This document shows positions 49,658 through 62,330 of a stretch of DNA of 64,000 nt, in pieces. The translations under genes and the position numbers were made by a program. This stretch comes from Amoebidium appalachense (taxonomy: Eukaryota > Protista > Ichthyosporea). How positions within the stretch are numbered: the stretch's first letter is position 1; each line of letters starts with the position of its first letter. The stretch spans positions 2,219,984-2,283,983 of the forward strand of contig CAVNZM010000016.1 of NCBI GenBank assembly GCA_963693365.1. Direction: 5' to 3'. The notes under the pieces are model-generated. The model was not told the DNA's origin. It did not search any database and was given only the letters and a program-made list of their open reading frames with translations.

Positions 49658-51466
49658 GCGGTGTGTATCACGGTCAGCGTATATCTAACTTATCTTTTCA
49701 GTACCCTGGCTGCCAAGCCCAGGCATGGAGCCAGGGTAATGAAAAGACGTGACCATTTCCCCCCTTAAATTGTACGTCGTTTATCCTTGAAGTCTCCTTC
49801 CCCCCTCCCCCCCCATCCCCACCCCCGCCCGTCCCCCTCCATTCCTCCCCCAGGGCCTCCCCCCCCCCCCCCACCCCCCCCCCTCCCTCTGCCCCCTGCA
49901 AACCCACACCCACCTGCCTGACACCTTGCCGATGTGAACTCAAGCGCATCAATAATGTTCCCGCACCCTCCGGAACACGCGGAAACCAAAGACTTAAATC
50001 CAAGTCTTAAACGTTTTGCTTTTTGAGGGACAGTGTAGATCACAGAGTAACTGCCCCAGGTTGTATTCGACGTCGAAAAACTTGCGATTTGCGTCATGTT
50101 GTTGTAATCGAAGGTCGGGTTGGCTGGGCCTGCGGAGTGTAATTGTGTAAAGCGCATTTAAGTTTTAAAGATGAGCACTAAAACTTTTAAATTTAAGGTA
50201 TGATAATCACTGACAGTGTCGCAAGTGCTATATATAGCACAGTGAGCAGAACTCAGGGGGAAAGAAGGCGGAATAAGAAACTTTATAGCGGCTAAAAAGG
50301 CGGTAAGAAACCCTCCCCCCCCCCCCCCCCCCCCCCCCCCCCGTCAGAATATTGTGATCGTTGATAGTATCCAGGTGCAAGATCAAGTGCGGTTGTAGTG
50401 TAGCTAGTGTTATAAACGGATATAGGTCGTGTTTAGCTTGTGGGATAAACGAGCATAGGTCTGTGATATGACTGTTTGTGTTTGGAACGCTATGGGATAG
50501 CGGTGGTATGCATTGTAGAGGGCATAGGCAAAGCTGATTGGCTAATGGTGCAATCCGGGATTGTTTGGGAATCTAGCTGGATGCAGATGATTGGAGTAGG
50601 GTCATTAGCTGTTTTAGCCGGCAGATGATTGGTACACTGGGTACCAAGGACGGGTTAATAAACCCGGTTCATATCACAATAAACATGAGTCGAGCAAAGT
50701 GGCATGACAACTTTTACCCCCCCCCCCCCCCCCCCCTCCCTCCCCCCTCCCCCCCCCCCCTCCCCCCTCCCCCCAACCACCACCACCAGTGCACCATCAC
50801 CACCCGCAGCAAAAAAAAACAAAAAAACAAAAAAAAACAAAAAAAACAAACAAAAAAGAAACCTTATGTTGCAACAAAATTTGAATGAATCCTGCTAGAG
50901 ACACCGTGAAATTAAAAAAGGATAGGTATAATAATTCTGGTTCTGTGATTCTGAAATTCCGGTTGGCGACTTACCAACCATTACGCCGACCGTATCAGTC
51001 CCGGAACGGCCAATGTGTTTAAACTTGAACGTCAGCGTGTCCCCCCCCACCACATTAAAATCCTGATAGACCGTAGACCCCGCAGCAAGTGCCGAAATTT
51101 CAATAAATTGGACACCAGAGGGGGCAGTAAATCCCGACATCCCCGTCCTCCAAAACTCAATTGACGATTCTGTGGTTTTCCAATCGGGAACGAGGTTTGC
51201 GGGCATGATTTCATACCATTTATAGTTGATTTTCGGGATTTCAAAATCCCCGTTTTGGAGGCGATATTCCGGGAGGAAGCATGTCGCAAAGGCAGGATCT
51301 GCATGTGAACAATATTACATTAGTGCTAACTCATGCTGAGTTTATCAAAGTTTAAAATACATCAAGGTCTGTGCCCTGCCAGAACATAATCTAATATGGT
51401 AAAGATGAGAATGACAAAGTGGGCTTGCACCGGTGAGCATGCTCGACCCCCAGGGTCAGCCCCCCC

Positions 51467-51504
<38 letters not shown>

Positions 51505-54500
51505 CCGCATCCACCCAAGCACAAAAAAAAAAACAAAAAAAAACAAACAACCCAAAACAGACCATAGTGTAAGTATTCAAGTATTTGTGCTTGGCAATAC
51601 AGTAGGCATCGGGGGCGCGCGCGCGGCCAAGTGTTTGTGCTTGGCAATACAGTAGGCACTGACACTGACACACACACACTCGCTCGCGCGCGCGTGCGCG
51701 CGTGTGTGTGTCAGTGTCAGTCTGCCACGGTGTGTGTGTGTGTGTGTGTGTGTATGCGCGCGCAACGTGCGCGTGTGTGGGTGTCTTGTGCTCGCGTGTG
51801 TGCGCATGTGTGTGTGTGAGTTAGTGCGCGTGCGTGTGTGCGTGCCTGCACACGGCAAACCCAAACTTTCAGCCCTGAGGAGTCAAACACTAAGCCAGTT
51901 TAAATTTTATTTTTAAAAGTATTAATTGTACACTGGCCATGGGGGGTGCCGTGAGCGTTTGTTTAACAGGTCCTACCTCCACACATAATGCCGTTGCCAG
52001 CAAAGCCCGAATTGCACACACATACAAACGAGCCCAAGGTGTCCAGGCAGGTTGCACTTGTGTGGCAGTTGTGCATGTTGAGCGCACACTCGTTCACATC
52101 TGATAATTTTTTTTAAAAAAATAGGTTAACAATGTTTTTGTCAGATTTCAGTGACCACCATGCCCGCAGTCGAACAACGCCGTACATACTGTGTGCACCG
52201 TGTGATGCATGCAGAATGCAGTAACCAGAGTACGCTGCCAGGTGTGCGTCCTCTTAGTACCCTCATAAATCAACCAAAACCCCATTCAACCCCATAAATA
52301 TCGACTAAATTTTTCCGGGACCCATTAATTCCCATTCCTCATTAAAATCAACCAAAACCCCATTCAAACCCATATTATTAAACATCGACTAAAATTTTTC
52401 GGGACCCATTAATCCCCATTTAAATTGATTAAACTTTGGGGCCCATAACTAACCCCATTAAATTCGAGTAAAACCGATTTCGATCTTAAAAACTCTCCGC
52501 TTTAATGCCAACCCAGCCCCCCCCCCTTCCCCCCCCCCTCCCGGGGGACCTTTTAACTCAGCTTTAAAATTTAACTCACTTGCACCCTGGCATCTTGTCG
52601 GCGTAAACGTGACGTTGTCCAATCGGTTTCCAACAGTTGTTGATTGGTTCACCAAATCTCCCGCAAGAGGTAGGAACCAGAGCCTGACGGACGTCTGGTT
52701 GCTAGGCACATCGTAGATCAACTTGTTCTTGGTCCACGCGGTCGAGTTACTTGTGGCCCGCATGTATTCCACCAGACTGGAGGCGCCGACAGCGGGGTCC
52801 CCTGTGCACACAGCCGCCTTAATTTTGATTAAGTTTAAGGAGAAAGGGTTCAAAACAGACTACGTACCCCGTCAGACTACAGACTTCTGGGAAAATTTCG
52901 ATCTGAAATGACGTCACCCTGGTGCTTCCATATATATGGAGGTACTACTAGTGGAGGTATCTCAGGTTGACGTCACATGCCATACAGAGCGATTTCAGGC
53001 GGTGGCGGCTAAATTTTGCTAGTCTGACAGCGTACATAGTCTGTTTTGAACCTTTTCTCCTGAACTACATATCGAGTATGATGAGTCAGTGCCACAGTGG
53101 CAGATAACGGGGCATGTAAGCTCTGTCGGGCCAATATCTGGCCTCAGCACTGAGTCTAATGTAATGTTTGCCGCTCATATGCTGAAAGATTGGGGCCCGG
53201 CCTGGACCGGAAAACGGGGGGCGGGGAGGAAGCGCCAAATGACTGATAGGAATGCCGGGGATAATCTATATTGGTTGATGTAATCCTAAATACCGTAGGC
53301 TACACCAGACTAAGTCCATTGCCGAGTATGATCATAGCAAGGCTTATCATGACTAAAATTTCTATAGGAGTTCACATATTTTACATTTTGCAGATACTTA
53401 AGTTATGCCCATGTTTCACTTACCGAACTGAACACTGACTGTTTGGCTGGTAGACTGGAAGGCGCGGTGGTAAAACTGCAAAATGTATTGGTCCCCCGGT
53501 ACCACCTGTGGTAAAGGCCTAAATTAGAAACCTCGCAGCAATAAAAACAACACAACACAAAGTAACACACACACACATGCACACACACACTGGCACACAC
53601 CGTACACACACACACGCGCGCGCGCGCGCGCACCCACCCACGCACACACGCACACGCCATCACACGCACACGCACACTCAAGCGCACGCACACCGTGACA
53701 CACACAGAACAAAAACTTCAAGAGTTTTTTTCCACGCTCAGGGGGGCAATGGGGGAGTGGGGGAGGAGGGGGTGATAATTATTCCTAAGAGGAGACTCAG
53801 AAGGGAAGCAATGCGTGGGGATGAGATTCAGGAGACTCTACGCGACCAAATTGAAATTCAATACACAAGCTTCAAAGCCTGATCTTACCTTGATATCTTG
53901 GTACACAGCCGTGTAGTCATTACACATAGTTTCTAGAAACTGAGCACCCCCAACCGCAGGCGTGGCGTCGCCCTTCGGGGTGCTGTAGAGTCTCATACAC
54001 GTGCCATTGCTCTGCCACCCGGACACCCCGGTTGTCGGTGAATATGTGTTGGACGCTGCTGTGTTTATCGGCATCTCGAAGCCGCCGTTGACGAGTTGGT
54101 AGATGGGGTTGGTGCACGCAGCCGAAGTTTGATCTGTGCAAAAAACAGTGATTATCAAGTTTGTGGTTAGAGTAAAACTTCTGCCGGGGAAAAAAGGTCA
54201 ACGTTCACCATTAACCTAATCAGTTTCCTGGCGGCTGCGTTGTTATGGTGCTTCAGAGGATACCACTTCAATCTTGACATCATCGCACGGATTATGATTT
54301 ATGCCATGTGAAAATCAGACACACATCACATAATCTACCTTACTTTCTTTCTTTCTTAAAGTTTCTTTCTTTCTTTCTCTTTTTTGCTCTCCGAGGCTCT
54401 CTCTCTCTCTCACACACACTCTCTCTCTCCCTCTCTTATGATACGCGCGACAGTAACTTAAAGCGGGACTGAGCCGCAATGTCTCTGTCATTGTGCCTTT

Positions 54501-55137
54501 TTCCTGTACAATGAGAAGGGGCCAAGACCAATTATTAATTTGATTTATTTTTAATTTGGTTTGTTTTGAATTTGGTTTATTTTTAATCTGGTTCACTTTG
54601 TTATTTTATTGACCGTGCAAGAATTCTCGGGCGCTCAGAGAGAACCATGCATGCAAGTACTACGGGTGAGCGAGAAAAAACACTTCGGCTGATACCATCA
54701 GCGCGTGCAGTGGTTGAAACGTTACCGTTTGGCGGCTCCCGGATCTCCAAAGTTACTTGCATACTACTATGATAGTTGAACACTGTAACATAAATGATTA
54801 CGAAGATTAAAGCCTTTGGAAATCCAAATTATGAAAATTACCCAACTAACTAAAAATATTCAGTCTACGTACCTGGGAGTGCAGTGCGCTTTGTCCACGA
54901 CACAGGCACACACACAGTCGCATTTTGGGTGCTTGTAAACACGTCTATGCACTGCACGTTGTTCGGGGAACAGTATACATCTGTCGGGAATGCATAGTTG
55001 AAGCTGCGGGGGGATGGGGGATAGTCGTAGGGGTTGTTGCATGTAGGAAGCTGGGCTGCCACTTGTCCTGCCCCCACGAGCAATAACAGAGCCCAGAAGT
55101 GGGGGCCTAGCCCAGCCATGTTGCCAAAATGACTCAT
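45196..55137 (-). CDS. Secreted mosaic protein, ~872 aa: signal peptide, 3x (NGxFExP galactose-binding-like/DUF642-like domain + Ca-binding EGF), an extra EGF, and a C-terminal PAN/apple domain
   Basis: 14 phase-consistent GT-AG exons: 55137-54873, 54133-53889, 53505-53424, 52801-52586, 52099-51977, 51298-50975, 50129-49914, 49555-49433, 48740-48556, 48094-47956, 47500-47300, 46554-46426, 46022-45894, 45437-45196. Motifs: [15 protein letters not shown]; NG(G/D)FExP...W...G.QF.E...YQD...GN..D.V (x3); DVNEC...C...A.C..T.GS..C.C..G..G.G..C; CQSNC...CRYAAY...CSLF. Confidence 0.9.
47092..47200 (-). mobile_element. Copy of the poly(C)-terminated element in an intron of the EGF gene
   Basis: Minus strand: (C)nGACCATGGGCTTTGCTATAATGCATACT...GTGTGCTTCGCAG...CATTCTACCCACCTCCCCC. 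Confidence 0.55.
50353..50678 (+). mobile_element. Probable solo LTR (326 bp) in an intron
   Basis: Starts TGTGAT and ends ATCACA; internal TATAAA; AATAAA within a CGGGTT..AACCCG hairpin near the 3' end; flanks ATAT / ATAA are an imperfect 4-bp TSD. Confidence 0.6.
51578..51658. repeat. Local duplication CAAGT(A/G)TTTGTGCTTGGCAATACAGTAGGCA x2
   Basis: Two copies ~50 bp apart. Confidence 0.8.
52267..52420. repeat. ~78-bp imperfect tandem duplication
   Basis: AAATCAACCAAAACCCCATTCAA...TCGACTAAA...CGGGACCCATTAAT appears twice. Confidence 0.8.
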
Positions 55138-56742
55138 TGGTCGCCTCAGAGTCTTTGCATGTACTCTACAGGGGGCAGCTCCGGTTAGAACACATTATAT
55201 AATAACGCAAAGAGATAGTAATTATATGCCAGCTTGAAAATTCGCTGGCAGGCGATAATAACGGATAATGTGTGACCAATGCCGTGCACGATAATGTTCA
55301 ATGAAGTCCGACAAATCATTACCGTGCGCGCCAGTTTTCCTGGGACTCAAAAGTTTACGGCCGCCCGATGTAATAACTTAATATAGTTTAGAGAACCGTG
55401 AAATCATTGACATGATACGAGCCGAATTGAACTATTTTTCCTTACCGAACTTCCTAAGGCTTCCCTTTAAGGGATAAAAAAATTCAGACTAAGGTGAGAG
55501 AACGAAACAAAATACAGCGTGAAAGCTTGCAAAGCACCAACTCCAACAGCCTGATAACCAAACACACAGGGACAGTGATGCAATAGTTTAGGGTAACCTT
55601 TGGATTTTTTTGCTATATAAAAAAAAATCCAAAGTGCTCGAGTTCAGCCTATTACCACACGGTGACTCAGCGGATGGAGCTCTTAGACTAGTGAATAAGT
55701 TATCGGGTGACCAGCTCGGTTCAAGACGCACAAAGTTCAGTTTCATGGAGCAATTTGAAAATCATGTTCGCAATGCTTGTAGTGCAGGAATTATAACCGT
55801 ACTGCCAGTTGTCATATCCATGGACAAATTCTGAACTCACCGCTAGTGCACGGCTGGGACTATTACAGCCTGCATGAAATTTCATCAGCCTCCAGCGAGA
55901 AATTTACGGCATGATTTCAAACTGAAGAAAACAACCAGTCCTCACGTGAAAACAGCCTAGCTGCGTAGTGTTTCACCGCTGCATGCGCAGTGACCAGCGA
56001 GGCTAACCGCACCGCGGGCTTATGCCTGAACTGAATAAACCCGTTCACCCTAGATGTGCGCCCACTTTCTTGAAGTTCGTTTTTTTTTTATAATGACTTT
56101 ATTGATGTGCTCTTATGTTTGGAGGACACGAAAAAGAGATACCCCATATATCACGAGAGACGATTTTCGAGTCACTTATATCAGAAGTAGGCTCACTGGA
56201 ATACGGATGTCGATCCAAAGGTATAAAAATACAAATAAACACAAAGGCAGGAGTGAAAACGATAAGTTGATATCTCGGCTGCCACAAGAACGTGTTTTCA
56301 AGGCTTTCAACAAAGTCTTTACTGGTAATGATCAGAAGGGATACATACATAGAGTCCACTCAGTCCAGCGATATTTTACAAACAGAACAGTAATGCTATT
56401 TTAATCATAACCCAGGCGTTATATAGTCAGTTATACAAACGCGTCCAAAGAGTAGTATGTCAGTGTGCTGCAATTCAACACAAGAAAGAATCCATTCATA
56501 CACGTTCCCCCTAGAGGATACAGATGTCGGCAAAAAAAAAAAAAAAAAAAAAAAAAAGATGACCTGGCGACATTGTGTCCAGATTCCAACTTTATGATAC
56601 AGGCTGAGGCTAAAAAAGTGTGTAGAGGAAAATAATATGTGATTACTGCGAATCGCTTTATGTTTGACGAAATTCCGAGCGTGAGACCGTCATTATGGCA
56701 TGACCATAGGTCTGCAAATACCGACTGCATACAAGGGCCCGC

Positions 56743-56872
56743 ATTTTTTTTTCTTTTGACTGGATTTATTCAACGGAAAGATATGCAAGTATGCACGGCA
56801 TACGGAGAAGACAATAAAAACTTCACGAGTTATCCAGTAACAAGTGCATACTGAGATACCTGAACACTGTGT
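56743..56872 (-). mobile_element. LINE family A 3' tail fragment
   Basis: Matches 60165-60293, including the A-tail. Confidence 0.9.
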
Positions 56873-57546
56873 TTTATCACATTCTCAATAAAGTCATTAT
56901 TGCGTCAAAACTGACGATACAATGATTGGTCCATTCCGCTGAAGTCTAGGGTGACACAAATGGCAAAGCCATAAGCATGGTTTTACGAGCAACCGAGTAC
57001 AATAGTAGGCTAATATTAATAGTAGATTTTATTAGAATGGAGCCAAAGTGTCCTTTCAAACTACGGATTGAAAACCGATGCTGGGATAAAAAAGGAGGCC
57101 AAAGCACTAAACCACATTATCGGCGGGAACCGGTTCTTTATTTCACGTACGTGGTATCGCAAGCCATACAGAAAACGGCATCATGACTATACATATTGGA
57201 TATCTGAGGGAAACTACCGATTCAACTCCTAATTAGGGCCTGTTTGGCAACGCGGAGTTAAGTGAAATACCACTACTTTCATCGTTTTTTAACAAGGTTG
57301 CCAGAACATCGCACACAATGGATATGGTTGTATATAAGTTTGTTATCATGGGCTTTCGGAGCCTAGAACTACTTTTGAAGTTGCCGATTTTTTCCGCAAA
57401 AATCCATCATGCATGCTTCCGCCGAGTAGTATATAACCAACCAATCAGAGAATCGACACATCCACACACTCCGGTTATGCGAAAAACCGAGGCATTATTG
57501 TACTTGCCGCGCCACACGTGAGAGTGAAGTGCAAACCGGTAGCAAA

Positions 57547-57690
57547 AACGGAATTCTCGGTTTCTATAGAGTTTCTTTCAAGTGTTTTTACTTTTGTATA
57601 CTACCCACCATCTATGTCGGTTTCCAAATTGACTCACGAGTTGTCACAGTTACCAATGTCCACTGTTATTTTAGGTGATTTTAACACGTG
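57547..57690 (+). mobile_element. LINE family B endonuclease fragment
   Basis: Reverse-complement match to ~24078-24212 (PPSMSV...ELSQLP.STVILGDFNT). Confidence 0.85.
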
Positions 57691-57918
57691 ACTCCACCCT
57701 CTGCGGAAACTTACCCCCCGAATCTGCAGATAATCGTAGCGGTTTTGGGGTTTCACGAGTAAACGAAATTTGCAGGTTTGCAGCCAGGGGGGGGGGGGGG
57801 GGGGGAGGGGGTTTACTCCTTAACAGTAACTGCAATGAGTGACTCGGATTGCAATCTCTTGACTCGTTGAAAGACGCTCGGGCTTGTAGACAAACCTCTT
57901 CAAGTTGTTGTCAATTGA

Positions 57919-57949
<31 letters not shown>

Positions 57950-58159
57950 CATACACACACACACCACCACTACCCCCCAAAAAAGAGGCAGGCCTTTCGA
58001 TGTGATGATAGGTTGGCCAGCATATCACGGGCATATATAAGAATGGCGGCTTGTTGCATAATGATTCCCAATATTAGGTGCACATGTCAATCAAAGACTA
58101 CAACTTAGTGTTATGCTAGCACTATGGGGTGGAAACGGACGTATCCGCCGGTGGCGCCG

Positions 58160-58572
58160 CGGCGCACGTGTGTGTCTTTGCCACGGTGTGTGACACTGTG
58201 CCACGTGTCTCTGTCACTGTCAGCGACACTGTGTGTGTGTATGAGACGTGTGTGTGTGTGTGTTTGTTTGTGTGTGTGTACACGTGTGCGTGTGTACATG
58301 TGTACGTGTGGGTGTGCAAGAATACTGCCCGGTTACCACGCGCGCGTGTTTGTGTGCCACGTGCCACTGTGTGTGTGTGTGTGTGTGTCACAAACGTGAC
58401 TGTGTGTGTCACGTTTGTGTGACGCTGTGCATGCACATGTGTGCGTGTCAGCAGTGCGTGCGTGCACTGGGAGGTGTGTGTGTGCGTGTGTCACATGCCA
58501 TTGGCATGACAGTGACACTGCCACGGTGTGTGTGTGTGTGTCATGACAGTGTGTTTGTGTGTGCGTGTGTGC

Positions 58573-58618
<46 letters not shown>

Positions 58619-58810
58619 GTGTGTGTGTACGTGTGTGCGTGTGTGCGCGTGTGTGCGCGTGTGTGTGCGTGTGTGTGTGTGTGTGCACATGTGTCACGGT
58701 GTGTGTGTGTGTGTGTGCGCGGCGCAAGGCAGTTACACAATATCGTGCACCGTGCACGTGCCAGTGTACACCGCGCTCAGCATGCTGCATTCAGTGACGT
58801 CGACGTGTCA
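58160..58810. repeat. Degenerate (TG)n-derived satellite with recurring GACACTG/GCCACG/TGTCAC motifs
   Basis: Repeated short partly palindromic words within alternating purine-pyrimidine sequence; similar texture at 51655-51850. Confidence 0.6.
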
Positions 58811-59059
58811 TGGTTCTTACCAACTATTAATCAAGTGACTGTGAGCTCTACAACCTGTAGTTTTGCGGTTTGCACAAACCGTGACATGTGTTGCTTCATG
58901 AGCCAGCCAATACATACGCGTATACCATGGATAAAGCTTTAAGACTGTTTGTTATGTCGCATAAACAAGGGCACGGCAGACAACGGTTGGCACTGCAGCT
59001 GACTCAGTCATGAGTTCGAAGGCATCATGACTCAGGTGACAGACGGCCAATATTTCGGG

Positions 59060-59135
59060 GAAGTTTTTATTGTCTTCTCAGTATGCCGTGCATACTTGCA
59101 TATCTTTCCGTCGAATAAATCCAGTCAAAAGAAAA
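59060..59135 (+). mobile_element. LINE family A 3'UTR only
   Basis: GAAGTTTTTATTGTCTTCTCAGTATGCCGTGCATACTTGCATATCTTTCCGTCGAATAAATCCAGTCAAAAGAAAA. Confidence 0.9.
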
Positions 59136-59310
59136 CTTTCAAGGGGCCCAGCGAACGGTACATCTCATCGAGTCACTACACACACACTTAGGGGCACTAC
59201 ACACTACTACTGTCTTATAACGTTGTCACAGTACTATAGGATTCTTTCAATAAACGAAGTGGGAAAACTGGTACTACGCGCAACACGCTATCATAAATGA
59301 TAATCATGTA

Positions 59311-59342
<32 letters not shown>

Positions 59343-60163
59343 GGTCTTCGGTGTGATACCGTCCGCGCAATTTCACGTCAGTGCGGCGTGTTTTTATTTG
59401 ATAGTTTGACGGTCGACACTTTCTGGTCTCCATAGATCACGTTTGCTTTCCTGATTGGGAAGCTCGTGTAGGGGTTTACACACTTTTTATTGCGTGGACA
59501 CTGCCGGAGGGCCCAGCCACTGGTGATCGAGTGGAACACCTAGGTGTATGGCACCACACTACCCAGCCACATTCGACGGCCTACTGCGTTTTCCAGCGCA
59601 GCCAATCAAATGCAGCCAGTGACATATGTACATGCTAGGCAACAATGAGCGCCATCGTATACGTTATATGACACCCTATTACATATTATGGGTAAGCAGA
59701 GGCTAGCATCGGTAGCTCCGAAAGAAAGTTAAGGCACCGGATCACAATATCATACTGTGCAGCATCAATAACGTGATCTAGGATAGTCATCTTAAAACGG
59801 ATATATTGAGGAAGAGAGGAAGAAAAGAGAATAAAACCGCCAATTTAACCTCCGGTTCTAATACGTTAGCTAACAGGTTGAGGCTTATTGATAGATATGC
59901 AGCCGCGAGTAAATTGCCCCCCACACTAGCCCCGATAATCTGCAGATTCTGGCCCGAAAGCCGATCCGCGATTACCCCTTGGTAAGTAGGCAAATTCGTG
60001 ATTGGCTGGTTTTGATTTTTATCGGGGATTATCTTGCAGTTGCCGCCGCGGTGGCTCGCGGCGATCTCAGGTTATCGGAAGATATAGAATCAAGCGGCAG
60101 GCAGCCTATCGGCAGATTTTCGCAGCTCAAAAGACCTCACATTCCTTGAGATGAGTCATTGGA

Positions 60164-62330
60164 ATTTTTTTTCTTTTGACTGGATTTATTCGACGGAAAG
60201 ATATGACAAGTATGCACGGCATACTGAGAAAACAATAAAAAACTTCACGAGTTATCCAGTAACAAGTGCATACTGAGATACCTGAACACTGTGTGAAAAT
60301 CATATAAATACTCAATGTGACGACCAACAGAATTCAACAAAAAGTCTAAAGTGTTCACATTGCCAGCTAGTGTAGCAGACACCCGTACTAGGGAAAGAGG
60401 TAAAACGCGACATAAAAATTCACACCTATCAACATGCTTGCGATTAAAAAGGTCAGCACAAAAGTGGCACCAGCGGCGATGAAAACAAGAATTACAGCGC
60501 CACTGCACAACTTCCCAGGCAATATCAACATCAGAGCACCATACAGACTTATCTACTAGGGTGGTATCCATACGTACAGCAGGAGAAATGTATCCTGCCA
60601 AAGCTCCCAAAAAGCGATAATGATCAGTACGGTGTTGCCTAAGGAACATAACACATGCCGACTGAGTTTTACCTTTGATTTCTCTAGCAGAACGAGAAAG
60701 AAACTTATACTGCGTATGGTAATAACGCGAAAAGGCAGAAAAAACAGGAAGAGAAAAGAAAGAGGGAGTGCGATAGCGAGAGGAAGAATCAGGTGGAAAG
60801 AGGGTAGGCTGAGGACATTCAGAAGTAGCGTTGGTGAATCGGGGGGGAAGAGGAATGGAGGGAGGGGGGGGAAAGAAAGCATAAAGAGGGTGACCATCAG
60901 GTAGCCTAACTAAATGAAAACAAAAACGAAGAGACAATTCCTCCATACGACAAACAGCAGACGACAAACCAAACATACTGATTAAGGGAGGCACAAACCG
61001 AGTACGAAACAAAGTGCGTAGCGCAGTACCCTGAAAATCGTCGAACTCGTTCAGCGCCATTGCCGCCTCGCGAGGTGGGGCGCAGGCCAATAGCGGAAGT
61101 CCATATTCGAAAGTCGGCCGTAAAAAAGTTTTATAGTAGAGAAGAAGGTTCGCAGGATGGATCACAGACTCCTGTTGAAACATATTTGACACGATATGAA
61201 GCTTACCCTTCGCACGAGCGATCCGTGCTGTGAGGAGCTTGCGGAAATCAATACCCCGTGCAGTAAAAGGAATACCCAAATAGTCATAGGTGCTCTGAAC
61301 AGGAATAGGAAGGCCGGCCAATCGAAAGGAGGTGTTCTTCGAAAAAGTAGCACACTTCGCAATTCCGACTGTCATGAAATTCTCGGTGCACCATTGATCC
61401 ACCTGACGAAGCATCTGGTGCATGACATCTTCGGTTAAGGAACAAAGAACAATATCGTCCGCAAAAAGGAGACCCGGTACACGACGGGTATGTAGTTGGC
61501 CAAAGGGTTCGAGGGCGCAGGCTAAATCGTCAATGAAAACGTCAAACAACAACGGACTCAGGAGGGACCCCTGCAGAAGACCCCGGGAACGGGAAAAACC
61601 GGGTGTTAATGTTCCATTGACCGCCGCGCGTCCGCGAGTGGTATCGAACAACGCTTGCAGAAGACGGCCAAAGGGGGCTGGTAAGCCCCGCATAGCTAGC
61701 TTATGCCATAGCAAACCAGTGGGTACGGTGTCGTAGGCGTTCTTAAGGTCGATGAAGACAACGTGTGGAGAGCCAGAAGTAATGGATTCATGGAGTAACA
61801 GACTGTGAGTATAACACGAATAGGCATGACGAAAGCCCCCTTGAAGGGAAGAAAGACGGAACACGGCGTTTAAAGAATCGTCGGTGTTAAACGCGCGAAG
61901 CATGCAACCCTCGAAGAGCCGACGAAAAACGTTGGTAAGAGTGACGGGACGAAAGTCGTTAATGACCCCCTGCGATACCTTCTTACGAACGGGCGTAACG
62001 ATTGTGTCAAGCCACGAATTTGGAATAAACCCGAGTTCGAAAAAAGCCGAAAAAAACTCACTAAGAAGGACAGCAAAAGGCGGGGGCGGGGGGGACTCTG
62101 CACGATTACGGGGCGGAAGCACGGGAGAAAGAACCTTGAAAAGCACGGGAGGAAGAGCATCCGGCCCGCACGCCTTGCTGGGTTTTAACGCCCGTATAGC
62201 ACCAAAAACAGCCGAAGAGTTGAAATAACTATGAAAAGTGCCCGGGAACGATCGGTCCGGCTCCCAACTTGGTGGCTGGGAGAGGCCAGCGGGCGGTGAT
62301 GGAACCGTGGACACGTTAGGAAGCTGTAAA
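60164..62330 (-). mobile_element. LINE family A, 5'-truncated (no endonuclease), RT intact
   Basis: 689-aa ORF, the 3'UTR shared with five other fragments, and an A-tail; 5' boundary approximate. Confidence 0.93.
60245..62314 (-). CDS. Non-LTR retrotransposon ORF2 reverse transcriptase (family A) with a C-terminal CCHC-like knuckle
   Basis: KACGPD, FRPVTL, QGGFR, FIDLKNAYD, GLLQGSLLSPLLFDVFIDDL, FADD, YDYLGI, CHFC..FNRKHVDRC. Confidence 0.95.
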   Translation of the reverse strand: MSTVPSPPAGLSQPPSWEPDRSFPGTFHSYFNSSAVFGAIRALKPSKACGPDALPPVLFKVLSPVLPPRNRAESPPPPPFAVLLSEFFSAFFELGFIPNSWLDTIVTPVRKKVSQGVINDFRPVTLTNVFRRLFEGCMLRAFNTDDSLNAVFRLSSLQGGFRHAYSCYTHSLLLHESITSGSPHVVFIDLKNAYDTVPTGLLWHKLAMRGLPAPFGRLLQALFDTTRGRAAVNGTLTPGFSRSRGLLQGSLLSPLLFDVFIDDLACALEPFGQLHTRRVPGLLFADDIVLCSLTEDVMHQMLRQVDQWCTENFMTVGIAKCATFSKNTSFRLAGLPIPVQSTYDYLGIPFTARGIDFRKLLTARIARAKGKLHIVSNMFQQESVIHPANLLLYYKTFLRPTFEYGLPLLACAPPREAAMALNEFDDFQGTALRTLFRTRFVPPLISMFGLSSAVCRMEELSLRFCFHLVRLPDGHPLYAFFPPPPSIPLPPRFTNATSECPQPTLFPPDSSSRYRTPSFFSLPVFSAFSRYYHTQYKFLSRSAREIKGKTQSACVMFLRQHRTDHYRFLGALAGYISPAVRMDTTLVDKSVWCSDVDIAWEVVQWRCNSCFHRRWCHFCADLFNRKHVDRCEFLCRVLPLSLVRVSATLAGNVNTLDFLLNSVGRHIEYLYDFHTVFRYLSMHLLLDNS

